Shown here: positions 38,030 through 51,500 of the stretch, piece after piece
Layout: every line of letters starts with the position of its first letter
Position numbering within the stretch: the first letter of the stretch is position 1
Assembly: GCA_964187785.1 (NCBI GenBank)
Contig: OZ076410.1
Coordinates: 51,274,001-51,338,000, forward strand
DNA length: 64,000 nt
Direction of reading: 5' to 3'
Source of the DNA: Amphiscolops sp. MND2022
Lineage: Eukaryota
The notes under the pieces: generated by a model
What the model was told of the DNA's origin: nothing
Databases searched by the model: none
Seen by the model: only the letters and a program-made list of their open reading frames with translations
Made by a program: the position numbers and the translations under genes

Positions 38030-38420
38030 TTGGAAGACCACATTACTATTGATATCAGGGGTACGGTCTTCACATTGAAATTGGAGAAGATATGGTTTGA
38101 CGTGGTGATGAAGAAGGCCATGGCGGAACTGATCGATGAAGAAGATTCAATACTTACCCAGCTGTAAAGCTAGTGTTGACAGGAGCAAACTATATGAAAC
38201 AGAAAGCTCTGGACTGTCCGCAGCTTGCTCAGCTGTTAATAGAGCTTTCCATTACGTATCAGCGCTGAAACATTTGGTCGAGATATTCTAATCCAAACGC
38301 ACAATGACGAATCAAGAAAATTGTTTGGCTGACGAAATTTCCAATTATATGTTTTTGATGGTCCCTGGAAACGAACTCAATTTCCTAATATATCGTGACT
38401 CAGAAACGTTCCGAGACAGA
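38030..38420 (+). pseudogene. Possible T1/KCTD-type BTB domain relic
   Basis: ITIDIRGTVFTL (cf. VxLNVGGxxF) and FLIYRDSETFR (cf. YFIDRDxxxFR), but spaced further apart than usual. Confidence 0.3.
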
Positions 38421-39262
38421 GCACAATGGGACAGTACCCTAGGCCAACAAAGGTATATGCTTCCACCAATTTTCCCTGAAACTTTCTGCCACCTCATCAA
38501 AAGCCTAAAATTTTCAATTAACAACGACCGTCGGCTTTAAACTGTGCGAGTATCTATCAATTGTTTCGAACACAATTTAAACCGCGTCAACGAATATTGT
38601 CGTTCCGCTGCGATTAATTGCAGACTTCAGTTTAGTTTTTAATTTGATTCTTTTTTTGTATTAATTGCAATTTTAACTGTGATGTAATGGTTTTAAATAG
38701 ATGAGTCAAACAATAAATAATGAGACCTTTACTTTTAAATTGTTTGAAACGACTAGACAGAAAGATCTTATGATGTTGGGCTATGAACATTTGCAATATT
38801 TGAGTTGAAAATTGTTTATTCATGGCAATAAAAATTCTTTGAACATTGTACAGTTTCTACGAAAAAACCTTCATTTGTTAATGAGATTTTTGCTAATCAA
38901 AGGATATTGATTAGACAACAACTTTATTACCTAAAATTTAACCATTCATCTTACCACCCAAGAAAAAATATCACTGGATATAAGGCTTATTGATGAAAAA
39001 AAGGAAAGTATGATACTATCTGTTCAAAATGGTTTCTGGATGAAAAGTAACTGTGAATGGTTTGTTAAATTTCTGATATTCGGCAAACACTTGTCTCTAG
39101 TTGCATAGGCGTTACTCGGACATTTTATGATATTTATTCAAGATTTTTTATCAAATTTGTAGGTCACATATTTGTGAGGAACGAATGGACAGATTATGTT
39201 CAACGAATAGTTGATTTCGCTCATGCGTTCCTGAGATTTTCAGTTATTGACCCCAAAACTCT

Positions 39263-40171
39263 TCAATGAATTCCCGGGGTTTTGCCCGCATTTTTCCGAG
39301 TTTTGAAAGGCCTTGCCGGTACTCCCACTGTATTGCTGACAATTAGATTGTCACGGGTTGGGCCTGAACTTCTCAAAACAGCGGCTGTCCCGAGTTTGTC
39401 TTTAGATGCCGGTTGCAAGACGGCGGCGGTCGATCTACATATAGAAGCCCAGTATACTGCTTTGAAGCTGTGACAAGTGTCCTTCTTGGCTGGGCACTCT
39501 ACGTGTGGGTGCTGTTTTAGACAGCAGAGCTGAAAACACGGACGAGGCTTGTTCAAGACCTGTTGAGGAGCGGAGGTGCCACGTTGATCAGGCTGCCACC
39601 GGGTTGGTTGTCCGGGAAACTACTTGATTGCGGCTACACTAGAAAATTCAGCGCTTTGGAAAGACTTCGAAAAGTCATAGGACAGTTCGATAGCACATGC
39701 AAGCGATATGCAGCTATCGATGTTGGCCTTGGAGTCTTCCAGACCCAATATATTTGACCGAATGTCGTCAGACTTGAGCCCCGATATTGAGGAGTCCCCC
39801 AGTAGACAGTGTTTGTGTACTTAGACTGTCAACCTCGTGCATTCGGAGTCTTCAACAAGTCGTTTCAGGCTTCCAGAGAACTGTACAATGGATTCCTCTT
39901 CCTTTTGACTGGCACTGAGCATTTGATGACGGGCAAAGATTACTCTCATGGTCTCCAAAAATGTAGTTTGCGTCAATCTCAAAGGTCCTGCAAAGGTGGC
40001 AGAATTTACGAGAAGAGTGAAATAGTCGGAACCGACAAATGTACGAAGAAAAACTCTTTTGTCCGCATCTTCGGTTGTTCCATGGACGCGTGAACCGTTC
40101 TCAAATTTGTTCCGCCATTTCCACTTCTCGGTAGAAGGATTTGATGGAAAGTCTGGTAGTTTGAACTTCAT
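39263..40171 (-). pseudogene. gag: gag relic of another LTR retrotransposon (Gypsy-type)
   Basis: WKWRNKFE...FLRTFVG...IFARHQML...QKEEESIVQFSGSLKRL, and a zinc knuckle CLKQHPHVECPAKKDTCHS...WASIC. Confidence 0.75.
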
Positions 40172-40439
40172 AAGAGACCGGAGAAGGAAAACAACGCATT
40201 GAAAATTGCTACGAGGGATTTAAGATTGTAACATAGTAGCAGAAAAGACAATGGCTACGAGGAATTAAAGAAAATACTGTAGTAGCAGAATAGTCGATTG
40301 GAACTTAAGGAACTACCGGAGTGGCCTAAACAGGGAAGTCGCTTACCTGGAGAAAGCTTACGCGACTTAGCGTGGGTGACCTCGTTTGTCAATCAGGGGC
40401 AGAAGGCTCTACGAAGCTCTCGATTCTTCAAGTTGGAGC

Positions 40440-40890
40440 GAGTTCCAGGGATAGTCATTGGCTCTAGTGAAGGTCGTCTGTGGTAGTGTGCTATTCGACG
40501 CTGTAGATGCTTCACGGTTTGCCTCAGTAAAGCCACCGGCGGTCGGTTGTGCCTTCTAGGAGTCAATTTAATTCCCTGGCGTTGTCAGGGATGTATAGCC
40601 GGGGACGGACCGCGATAACGAAGACCTTTAGTGCAACTTCCGACCCTGCTACGGCAAGGTCGAGGATGGTCCTGGCAACAGTCTGAGTGTTGCCGGTTAG
40701 TAAGTTGTTGCCTCCGATGAAGAGCACAATCAGATCGTGCCGACATTTCACTGGGCGGAAGGCTCACGTCTCCTACATGTGCACTTGATTGTACGGGATT
40801 ACTGAAGTTAGGGAACGTCAGGTTCTTTTTTTGTGAAGCAGTGGTAAGTAGTGTACGGGTGGATGAGGTCTTGAAGAGGTGATAACTCAT
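40440..40890 (-). pseudogene. SGNH/GDSL hydrolase-like ORF, frameshifted
   Basis: Block I-like LLTTASQ, block III DLIVLFIGGNNL, and an in-frame block V DDLH at 40467-40478. Confidence 0.65.
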
Positions 40891-42057
40891 GAGGAATTAT
40901 TAAATAGAAGTGTGGTTAGGGAAAACACTACTTGCAGGAAATTTCTATTTGATAAGCATTCGTCTGAACCAATAATACAACAATTAGTTTAACATAATTA
41001 ACAAATAGTCTAACATACGAGTAATAACAACTACATAGACATATTACATTCAAAACAGTCGAATAATTTTTTGAGACATCTCAATGAAGCCAACTGCTGA
41101 ATTACACTTTGAGGTTGATTGTTGTACCTTCGGTGGGGTGTGATAGTATTGCCAATCAGATGGTGCCACAGGATTGTTCTTCGGTCTTTCTTCAAATCAT
41201 CAGACTTGAGATAGCTGTAAACGCCTTTGACATGTTAACGGCGTCTGGATTGAGGCTCTACCGACCGGCGTGGACGAGTTCTCGTAGTGGTCTACGAAAA
41301 TTGAATTGAACATCATCAAAAAAATTGTACAGTGAACTGGCCGCTTTATTCTTGAGCTAATGGACTTTCTGAAGTCGTCTGATCTGCACAGCAATTGCCG
41401 TATTTCCTGCGGACCAAAACACTGTTCAACTAAAGCTAGTGTTCGTTAGAAGGGACGTAGCAAAAGGACATCATCTAAAAAAGGCAATATATTAAGACAA
41501 GACATATAAAGTAATTGTAAACATCACAATATGTTTTGTCATGTTAACCACGAAACAATTGAAGCATTCGTGCAGCAGATCGAAGATATTTGGTGGTATT
41601 CCGTTGCGGTTCAAACCTTAAGCGTCGGAAATTAAGTGCATCGAAAATTTGCAAGCTAATTGTTGTGCTGAAAATTAATTAATGAACGCTTCTGATTGGT
41701 TGAAAAATAAAAAAAAAGAATTGAATATAGCTATCCTTGAATGTTGCTAATTGGTGGAGGGAGCGAAGCGACAGAGCCATTCAACAAAAATAGTAAACAT
41801 TGCGTGAGATTTTTTTGTTGTTGTTTCTTGAACTTTTCGGCAAAACTTCAATTCAGCTTCGGTCTTGAAGAGGTTGTTTTTAGCCATTGCTTAAGTTAGA
41901 GACAAGTAACGCAAAACTTTTGGGCCAAATTAGACCGAATGACTTGAAGCCACGTGACTTGTGAACTACAAAAACTATAATTTCGACGCACTGAATGCAA
42001 TTGTTTAACTTCGACGCAATGAATCGCCTCATTCCGTTCCGTTGACAAAAAAGACTA

Positions 42058-42257
42058 NNNNNNNNNNNNNNNNNNNNNNNNNNNNNNNNNNNNNNNNNNN
42101 NNNNNNNNNNNNNNNNNNNNNNNNNNNNNNNNNNNNNNNNNNNNNNNNNNNNNNNNNNNNNNNNNNNNNNNNNNNNNNNNNNNNNNNNNNNNNNNNNNNN
42201 NNNNNNNNNNNNNNNNNNNNNNNNNNNNNNNNNNNNNNNNNNNNNNNNNNNNNNNNN
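42058..42257. other. Assembly gap (200 N)
   Basis: Run of N. Confidence 1.
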
Positions 42258-43045
42258 TCTTCACCTATAGCACCGTTAGTGCTAAAAAAGAGTGGGGTGA
42301 AACTAGCGTTTTCAATTTCACGAACACGTTCCTTATATTGGGTCTTTTAAATTGTTTCGTTTTGTTTCAGGATTGTTTTCTGGGGTTTGTTCACGTGACT
42401 GGGACAGTTTGGATGCGTTACTCTGACGTCGAAGAAAGATTTCTGAAGGGGCCGCCAGAAACTTCGCCAGGATACGCTAAGTTTCGCATTTTCCTCTGTA
42501 TTAGCTGCATGAGAAAGAATATCTCCTGAGTTTAAGGGAATCAGAGCCGGTTCAATTTCAACGTCTTTGCATACGTTCGATAGAAGCTCCGCCTCAAGAT
42601 CACGTAACGCGTTTAGTCTCAGGATGACAAATCCGCCAAACTGACAAATCAATGCGTGATCGTTGCTATTCTCCTTTCCGCATTCGCAGAGGCGTGGTAG
42701 ATCGTTAATAACCCAGACATATCTCAGATGTTTTGCATCTTTGAACTCTTCTCTGTTGAAGTACATTCCTTGTTGTTTTGACGGTAATGATGCTAGCCAT
42801 GTTGAGGTTCCTTTTGCTTGCAGTAGTTCCAAGTGTCTCTTCGTTTTCTTATCAGCTTTTCCCAGCCCTTCCTCGTAAGACAGTTTGTGAATGACTGCAG
42901 TATGTTTTTTTTTACTTTCAATTTTGTGTCATGGTCAAATTGATAGGCGTCTCCAGTTATGATCGCTCCTTGTAATTTTTCAGTTAGGTAATCGGAAGAA
43001 TTACAAACACGAATAACAAACATTGGGTGACTGTAAATAGGTCCG
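42258..43045 (-). mobile_element. CRE-clade non-LTR retrotransposon, C-terminal fragment (zinc knuckle plus restriction-like endonuclease)
   Basis: GTSTWLASLP...FNREEFKDA..LRY, CECG....DHALIC..GG, LRDLEAELL, EPAL, AKLSV...FW...FFDVRVTHPN. Confidence 0.85.
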
Positions 43046-43328
43046 CTTCGCTTCGCTCCTGCATTCAGGGCACTAGGGGTTTGTGAACATATCTGACTAC
43101 AATATAAAATTTTCGATCCGAGTTGTTTCGATCCCATTCAAAAATTCGGTATGTCGACCTGAGGACTAACTCTGATTTCCGATCCCGTTCCTTCGACCTA
43201 TTTCCGCCCACCCACAAACATTTACAAGAACATCAACAAAAAACAAATACTCGAAATATATATTATATTCTATATATAATGATAGCCTTATTGTTAACTT
43301 AATAAATAGAAACATGCTTTCTACTAGA

Positions 43329-43660
43329 ATGGCAGCATCCAGTCAAGATGAGGATGAGGGCTCGTCACACCTGATTGAATGTACAGGAAAAGGGCGGAAC
43401 GGAAAGGGCTGTCTGGCGTGGATCTCTACCTGGCTCCCAAAAAAACCCGAAGGATTCATGCACTGTCCATTTTTGTGTGGCTTCTGAGGTTTCAGAGCTT
43501 CGTGAGAAGCAGCCCCAAGACACCGAGCAATCCCCAATTACTGGTGAACTTTCCAGTATATTCAATGCTAATTTTAGCCAGCAGTATGGAAGGCGAGATT
43601 ATGCCAGAATATTTGGAGTGAAAGGAGCCGACAAGGATGTCTACCAAAAAGGGAGTCGTT
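43329..43660 (+). pseudogene. ORF1 fragment of a CR1/L2-like LINE (degenerate PHD finger plus start of an RRM)
   Basis: IECTGK...CLAW...PEGFMHCPFLC, followed by QQYGRRDYARIFGV (cf. EQYSRRNxLRIxGV). Confidence 0.55.
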
Positions 43661-44585
43661 CCATTATTCGAAGCATCAGTATTCCGAAAACAAATTTACG
43701 GTTCCATTATCCCGAAAACAAAATTTTGAGTTCCAAAGTTCCGAAAAACTTTACACGCAGTAAATACTGCGCGTCGTAGTCCTATGATTTCATTCGATGA
43801 AACAATCACATTCCAATAAAAAGAAAACAGCGCGATAATGTAATCAGCTATGCCCACCTACCCCTACCCCTAGTGCACAAATGCAGGAGCGAAGAAACAT
43901 CAAAAGAGGTTAAGGGAATTCAGTATCAGAGAGGTAGAATTACAAATTTTTGGGGTTACGGTTTAATAGGAGTGGTTTTCGGAGTGATTGTATGAATTAT
44001 AGTAGTAGTAATTGAAGAGGGGATGATAGGGATTGGATTTAAAGGAGGACAATGTAAGATTAAAGAAGAGGTTTGAGATTAGTTGATAGTATCAGTAGAA
44101 ACTGAAGAGGAAACAGACCATTTATTAGAGTCTGCAGAACTGGAGGATGAAGGAACAGGATCCAGGATGGAAACACAACCAATTTTGAAAAATATTAGGT
44201 GGTTATAAAAAAGTATATTAGTATAGTTAAAAAGTATTGTGTCAATGGATAGCGGTTGTGTTAATAGATAGTAAATTTCACAAAAGAAAACAGAGATTTA
44301 CAAGTCTTATTGTTTAATCGACTGTTCAGTCAGAGATTGTGAATAAAAGGAACAGAGGGTATTCATGGAGATGGCTAATTAGATTGTGAACGTCAAATGT
44401 CACGCAAAATTATGTCTTGAGACAAAGGACAATTCAGCGAGAGTCTGACGGTAACTGTAATTAGGGATTGAATATGAAATTAAGGGGGGAAGCTAATAGT
44501 GGGTTTTGAGTTATGGTAACCTTGCGGTCGGAGGGGAAGAAAATTATATGGAGAATGAGGAGCTCGAAAATGAGTGGGTCAGGCT

Positions 44586-44918
44586 GGGGCAGAGACATTT
44601 CGTCACCAGCCATTTGGGCGACAAATATTTCTGCCCATTTCGGAGATAATAATGTCGCCCAAATGTCCCGTCAATTATGTTCACACACCCCTAGTGCCCT
44701 AAATGAAGGAGCGAAGCGACGTGCCATATCGCCATGCCTCAATGTTGCTACTTGGCGAAGGGAGCGAAGCGACCGAGCCATACAACAATTATCCTAACTT
44801 CTTTAAATATATCAGTTATATGATCAATTTCATCAACCCATTTGGTCGACACTTTTGTCGCCCATGTGACCGACGCCATATGTCACCCAAATGGCTGGTG
44901 ACGAATTGTCCCTGACCC
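44586..44918. mobile_element. MITE with about 37-bp terminal inverted repeats
   Basis: Left GGGGCAGAGACATTTCGTCACCAGCCATTTGGGCGAC; right GTCACCCAAATGGCTGGTGACGAATTGTCCCTGACCC. It interrupts a sequence that is contiguous in the copies near 58940 and 60270. Confidence 0.88.
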
Positions 44919-45559
44919 GGTAAATCTTGAGAGTCTGGTAAAGATTCAAACGAAAAACTTGGGGAATCAGCAACACGTGGATAAAAATGAGGAAAAGAGG
45001 TCGAATGAAAAATGGGGTTTTGGTTCATTTCAAAATCAGATTCTGTGGAGTTGAAAGTTTCATGTAAATTATCATTTAGAGGAGTGGAAGGAGATAAGTT
45101 TTGATAGATAGAAGGAGAATGTAAATTTGCTTGGGGCTGTGCAATGGTTTTATTAGAGGTGTATAGATTAAAAGATTCGAAAGGGGTGTCCGATTCATGT
45201 TGAGGTGAGTAAGAAGGATTATCGTGATAAAAGTCAGGATCATGATTGTTAAAAACTGAGGGAGTAGAATGGTTTTGACGGCGATATGGTAAAATATTGG
45301 GTTCTTTGGGATAATTTGGCAAAATTTGCTTGCGATGAGGGTGAAAAGTAGAGCCATCTTGGGCCATAAGTTCTTAAGTAACATCGGAGAGATGTTGAAT
45401 AATTTTGTACGGGCCAAGTTGGAGGGGTTTGAGTTTGTTGGAGAATTTAACAGCATTAAAATTGGTGTTTATAACAAAATAGTTAGGAAGAAAGTGTTTT
45501 TGAAATGAGTGGTTTCAAGTGTGGAATTTTGTGAATTCACTTTCATGGTTACTTGACGA

Positions 45560-48500
45560 TGAACAGTAGAATATATTTCCAACATTTCATGTACAGCTGT
45601 TAAAAGTTTAAGGAAATATGTTAATAGAGGAGTGAGAGGAAATAGGGATTGAGATCTTGGTCACTAAAATGTGTATGAGGTGGAAGTGAATTAAAGTATG
45701 TTGCAATACAGTTTTAAAAACCGTCACTTAATAATCTAAGAGAAAACGTTAATGGAGTACGAGGGTGTGCATGGACAACAATTTGATATGGGGAGAGTTT
45801 CAGTTGAGAAGATGGAGTAGTTTCGTTACCAACAGCATAAATTTGAGTTTGAAATGACCAATTAGAAGTAGAATTTTGTAGAAAAAAAGGAGGTGATTTC
45901 CAAGATTGCAATTTTAAACTTCGACTAAACCATTTGTGCGAAGGGAGTACTGAGTACGTGGAGAGTGAACAATATTGAAGAGAGCAAAAATGGGCCATTT
46001 CTTGATTCATATAATCAGTAGTTCGATCAGGGACTATATATTGCGATGGGCGAAATTTAAAACTCCAATGATGGAGGAGTGATTGCATAGGATATTTGGA
46101 AGACATAAGAGAGGCAGGGTTGACGACAACCAATTGAGTAAAAGCGTCAATGATTAGAAAAATGTAGGAGGTTCCTTGCGAAGAAGGAGAAATAGGTCCT
46201 TTAGCGTCCTTGGAGATTCGATACTCAAAGTGATTTGCAAAGTCAAAAAATGGTAAAGGAGAAGAAATAAATTTGGTTTATTAGGAAATTGTTTGTTCGT
46301 TTGGCATTCAATACAAACATGAATGAAAATAGAGAACCATAAATGTAAATGGGGACTATAGAAAAATTGATTGAAAGTTTTAATAAAGAGTTTTTCACCG
46401 GAAAGACCATGTCAAAAGGTTTCACTGAAAGCAGTATAAAAAAACTTAAATGACGAACAAAAGCGACATTGGTTATAAGAGGGTTTAGTTTTGCAAAAAA
46501 TTTCTTCAAAAATTCTCGAGTTGGGTGTATCATATTAGATAAGATGTGAGTTTGGGTGAAAATATAAATGTTGGGAGTGCTTGTAATATGTATAGAGAAA
46601 AGAAGAATTAGTTTTAATAATAATTGGAGTCAAAGTGTGAGGTCTTTGTTTCTGTGTCAGCTACGTATAAATGATGGAGAGAACAGGAACGTCTTTTTGG
46701 GCTTGAAGAAGAATGGGTTTTGTTAAAAAAGTATTAGATAAAAGAAAAAAGTATTCAAAAGCTTTACAATGAGCAAAAATGCAGAAATTGAAAAATGACA
46801 TTGACTGGGTGGAGGTAGGTATAATAGGAGTTTGTTTTATATCATAGCGTTAGAATGAGCAGAATCAAAACGAGGAAAAGAGGTGGAATGATAAATTAGG
46901 TTTTTGAGTTTTTCAAAATAGAAGTCTGTGGAATTAAATCTATCACCTAAATTATCATTTAGAGGAGTGGAAGGATATAAATTTTGATAGGTAGGAGAAC
47001 GTAAATTCGCTTCATGCTGTGCAATGGTTTTATTAGAGGTGTGTGGATCGAAATATTCGAAAGGGGTGTCAGATTCATGTTGAGGTGAGTTAGAACGAAT
47101 ATCTTGATACGAGTTAGTGTCAAGACTTGTTAAAATGTGAGGGAGTAGAATGGTTTTGACGTCGAAATGGTACAATAATAGGTTCCTTGGGATAATTTTT
47201 GCAAAATTTGTTTTCGATGAGTGTGAAATGTAGAGCCACCTTGGGTCATAAGTTCATGAGTAACATCGGAGAGATGTTGAATAAGTTTTGTACAGGCCAA
47301 GTCGGAAGGGTTTAAGTTTGTTGGAGAGTTTAATAGGTTTAAAAACGGCGTAGATAACAAAATTGTTAGGAAGAAAGTGTTTTTGAAATGTGTGGTTTCA
47401 AATGTGGATTTTTGTGAATTCAATTTCATGCTTAAATGACAATGAACAGTAAAATTTAATTCCAACATTTCATGTTCAGCTGTTGAAAGTCATAAGGAAA
47501 TATGTTTATAGAGTAGTGAAAGGAAAAAGGGATTGAGATCTTGGTTACTAAAATGTGTATGAGGTGGAAGTGAACTAAAGTATGTTGCAATACAGTTTTA
47601 AAAAGCGTCACTTAATAATCTAAGAGAAAATGGTAATGGAGTACGAGGGTGTGCATGGAAAACAATTTGATATGAGGAGAGTTGCAGTTGAGAAAAAGGA
47701 GTAGTTTTGTTACCATCAGCATAAGTTTGACTTTGAAATGACCAATTAGAAGAAGAAGTTTGTAAAAAAACGGAGGTCAGTTCCAAGATAACAATTTTAG
47801 ACTTCGACTAAACCATTTGTGCAAGGGAAGTAATGAGTGCGTGGAGAGTGAATAATATTGAAGAGAGCAAACATGGGCCATATCTTGATTCATATATTCA
47901 GTACCTCGATCAGAGACTATATATTGCGGTGGGCCAAATTCAAAACTCCAATGATGGAGGAGTGACTGCATAGCCTATTTGGAAGAAATATGAGAGGCAG
48001 GGTTGACGACAACCAATTGACTAACAGCGTCAATGATTAGAAAAATGTAGGAGGTTCCTTGCGAAGAAGGAGAATAAGCTCCTTTAGTGTCCTTGAAGAT
48101 TCGATACTCAAAATGATTTGCAAAGTCAAAAAATGGTAAAGGAGAAGAAATTTAACTGGTTTAGTAGGAAACTGTTTGTTCGTTTGGCATTCAATACAAA
48201 CATGAATGAAAATAGAGAACCATAAATGTAAATGAGGAATATAATAAAATTGATTGAAAGTTTTAATAGAGAGTTTTTCACCGGAAAGACCATGTGAAAA
48301 GGTTTCACTGAAAGTAGTATAAAAAACTTAAATGACAAACAAAAGCGAAATTGGTTAATAGAGGGTTTAGTTTTATAAAAATTTCTCCACAAATTCTGGA
48401 GTTGGGTGTATCATATTAGATATGATGTGAGTTTGGGTAAAAATATAAATGTAGGAAGTGCTTGTAATATGTATAGAAACAGAATCAGTTTTAATAATTG

Positions 48501-51500
48501 GAGTCAAAGTGTGAGGTCTTTGTTTCTGTGTCAGCTATGTATAAATGGTGGAGAGAACAGGAACGTCTTTTTGGGCTTGAAGAAGAATAGGTTTTGGTAA
48601 AAAAGTATTAGAAGGAAGAAAAAAGTTTTCAAAAGCTTTACAATGAGCAAAAATGCAGAAATCAAAAAATGGCAATGACTGGGTGGAGGTAGGTACAATA
48701 GGAGTTTGTATTATAGCATAGCGTTAGAATGAGCAGAATCAAAGAAACGAGGAAAAGAGGTGGAATGATAAAGTCATAAAAGTCATAAGGAAATATGTTT
48801 ATAGAGGAGTGAAAGGAAAAAGGGATTGAGATCTTGGTTACTAAAATGTGCATGAGGTGGAAGTGAATTAAAGTATGTTGCAAAACAGTTTTAAAAAGCG
48901 TCACTTAATAATCTAAGAGAAAAAGTTAATGGAGTACGAGGGTGTGTATGGAAAACCCTTTGATATGAGGAGAGTTGCAGTTGAGAAAAAGGAGTAGTTT
49001 TGTTACCATCAGCATAAATTTGACTTTGAAATGACCATTTAGAAGAAGAAGTTTGTAAAAAAACGGAGGTCAGTTCCAAGATAACAATTTTAGACTTCGA
49101 CTAAACCATTTGTGCAAGGGAAGTAATGAGTGCGTGGAGAGTGAATAATATTGAAGAGAGCAAACATGGGCCATATCTTGATTCATATATTCAGTACCTC
49201 GATCAGAGACTATATATTGCGGTGGGCCAAATTCAAAACTCCAATGATGGAGGAGTGACTGCATAGCCTATTTGGAAGAAATATGAGAGGCAGGGTTGAC
49301 GACAACCAATTGACTAACAGCGTCAATGATTAGAAAAATGTAGGAGGTTCCTTTCGAAGAAGGAGAATAAGCTCCTTTAGTGTCCTTGAAGATTCGATAC
49401 TCAAAATGATTTGCAAAGTCAAAAAATGGTAAAGGAGAAGAAATTTAACTGGTTTAGTAGGAAACTGTTTGTTCGTTTGGCATTCAATACAAACATGAAT
49501 GAAAATAGAGAACCATAAATGTAAATGAGGAATATAATAAAATTGATTGAAAGTTTTAATAGAGAGTTTTTCACCGGAAAGACCATGTGAAAAGGTTTCA
49601 CTGAAAGTAGTATAAAAAACTTAAATGACAAACAAAAGCGAAATTGGTTAATAGAGGGTTTAGTTTTATAAAAATTTCTCCACAAATTCTGGAGTTGGGT
49701 GTATCATATTAGATATGATGTGAGTTTGGGTAAAAATATAAATGTAGGAAGTGCTTGTAATATGTATAGAAACAGAATCAGTTTTAATAATTGGAGTCAA
49801 AGTGTGAGGTCTTTGTTTCTGTGTCAGCTATGTATAAATGGTGGAGAGAACAGGAACGTCTTTTTGGGCTTGAAGAAGAATAGGTTTTGGTAAAAAAGTA
49901 TTAGAAGGAAGAAAAAAGTTTTCAAAAGCTTTACAATGAGCAAAAATGCAGAAATCAAAAAATGGCAATGACTGGGTGGAGGTAGGTACAATAGGAGTTT
50001 GTATTATAGCATAGCGTTAGAATGAGCAGAATCAAAGAAACGAGGAAAAGAGGTGGAATGATAAAGTCATAAAAGTCATAAGGAAATATGTTTATAGAGG
50101 AGTGAAAGGAAAAAGGGATTGAGATCTTGGTTACTAAAATGTGCATGAGGTGGAAGTGAATTAAAGTATGTTGCAAAACAGTTTTAAAAAGCGTCACTTA
50201 ATAATCTAAGAGAAAAAGTTAATGGAGTACGAGGGTGTGTATGGAAAACCCTTTGATATGAGGAGAGTTGCAGTTGAGAAAAAGGAGTAGTTTTGTTACC
50301 ATCAGCATAAATTTGACTTTGAAATGACCATTTAGAAGAAGAAGTTTGTAAAAAAACGGAGGTGAGTTCCAAGATTACAGTTTTAGACTTCGACTGAACC
50401 ATTTGTGCAAGGGAAGTATTGAGTACGTGGAGGGTGAATAATATTGAAGAGAGCAAAAATGGGCCTTTTCTTGATTCATATTTTCAGTAGTTCGATCAGG
50501 GACTATATATTGCGATGGGCCAAATTTAAAACTCCAATGATGAAGTAGTGATTGCATAGCATATTTGGAAGAAATATGTGAGGCAGGGTTGACGACAACC
50601 AATTGACTAAAAGCGTCAATGATTTGAAAAAGGTTGGAGGTTCCTTGCGAAGAAGGAGAAATAGGTCCTTTAGTGTCCTTGGATATTCGATACTCAAAAT
50701 GATTTGCAAAGTCAAAAAATGGTAAAAGAGAAGAAATTTATTTGGTTTAATAGGAAATTGTTTGTTCGTTTGGCATTCAATACAAACATGAATGAAAATA
50801 GAGAACCTTAAATATAAATGGGGATTATAATAAAATTGATTGAAAGTTTAAAAAAATAGTTTTTCACCGGAAAGACTATGTGAAAAGGTTTTACTGAAAG
50901 CAGTATAAAAAATTTGAATGACAAACAAAAGCGAAATTGGTTATAAGAGGGTTTAGTCTTATAAAAATTTCTTCACAAAGTCTGGAATTGGGTGTATCAT
51001 ATTAGATAAGATGTGAGTTTGGGTAAAAATATAAATGTAGGAAGTGCTTGTAATATGTATAGAAACAGAATTAGTTTTAATAATTGGAGTCAAAGTGTGA
51101 GGTCTTTGTTTCTGTGTCAGCTATGTATAAATGGTGGAGAGAACAGGAACGTCTTTTTGGGCTTGAAGAAGAATAGGTTTTGGTAAAAAAGTATTAGAAG
51201 GAAGAAAAAAGTTTTCAAAAGCTTTACAATGAGCAAAAATGCAGAAATCAAAAAATGGCAATGACTGGGTGGAGGTAGGTACAATAGGAGTTTGTATTAT
51301 AGCATAGCGTTAGAATGAGCAGAATCAAAGAAACGAGGAAAAGAGGTGGAATGATAAAGTCATAAAAGTCATAAGGAAATATGTTTATAGAGGAGTGAAA
51401 GGAAAAAGGGATTGAGATCTTGGTTACTAAAATGTGTATGAGGTGGAAGTGAATTAAAATATGTTGCAAAACAGTTTTAAAAAGCGTCACTTAATAATCT

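Noticed and set aside
29910-43500. JmjC and PHD fragments as exons of one KDM2-like gene
   Set aside because: They are 13 kb apart with unrelated elements between them, and the PHD is followed by a LINE ORF1 motif.
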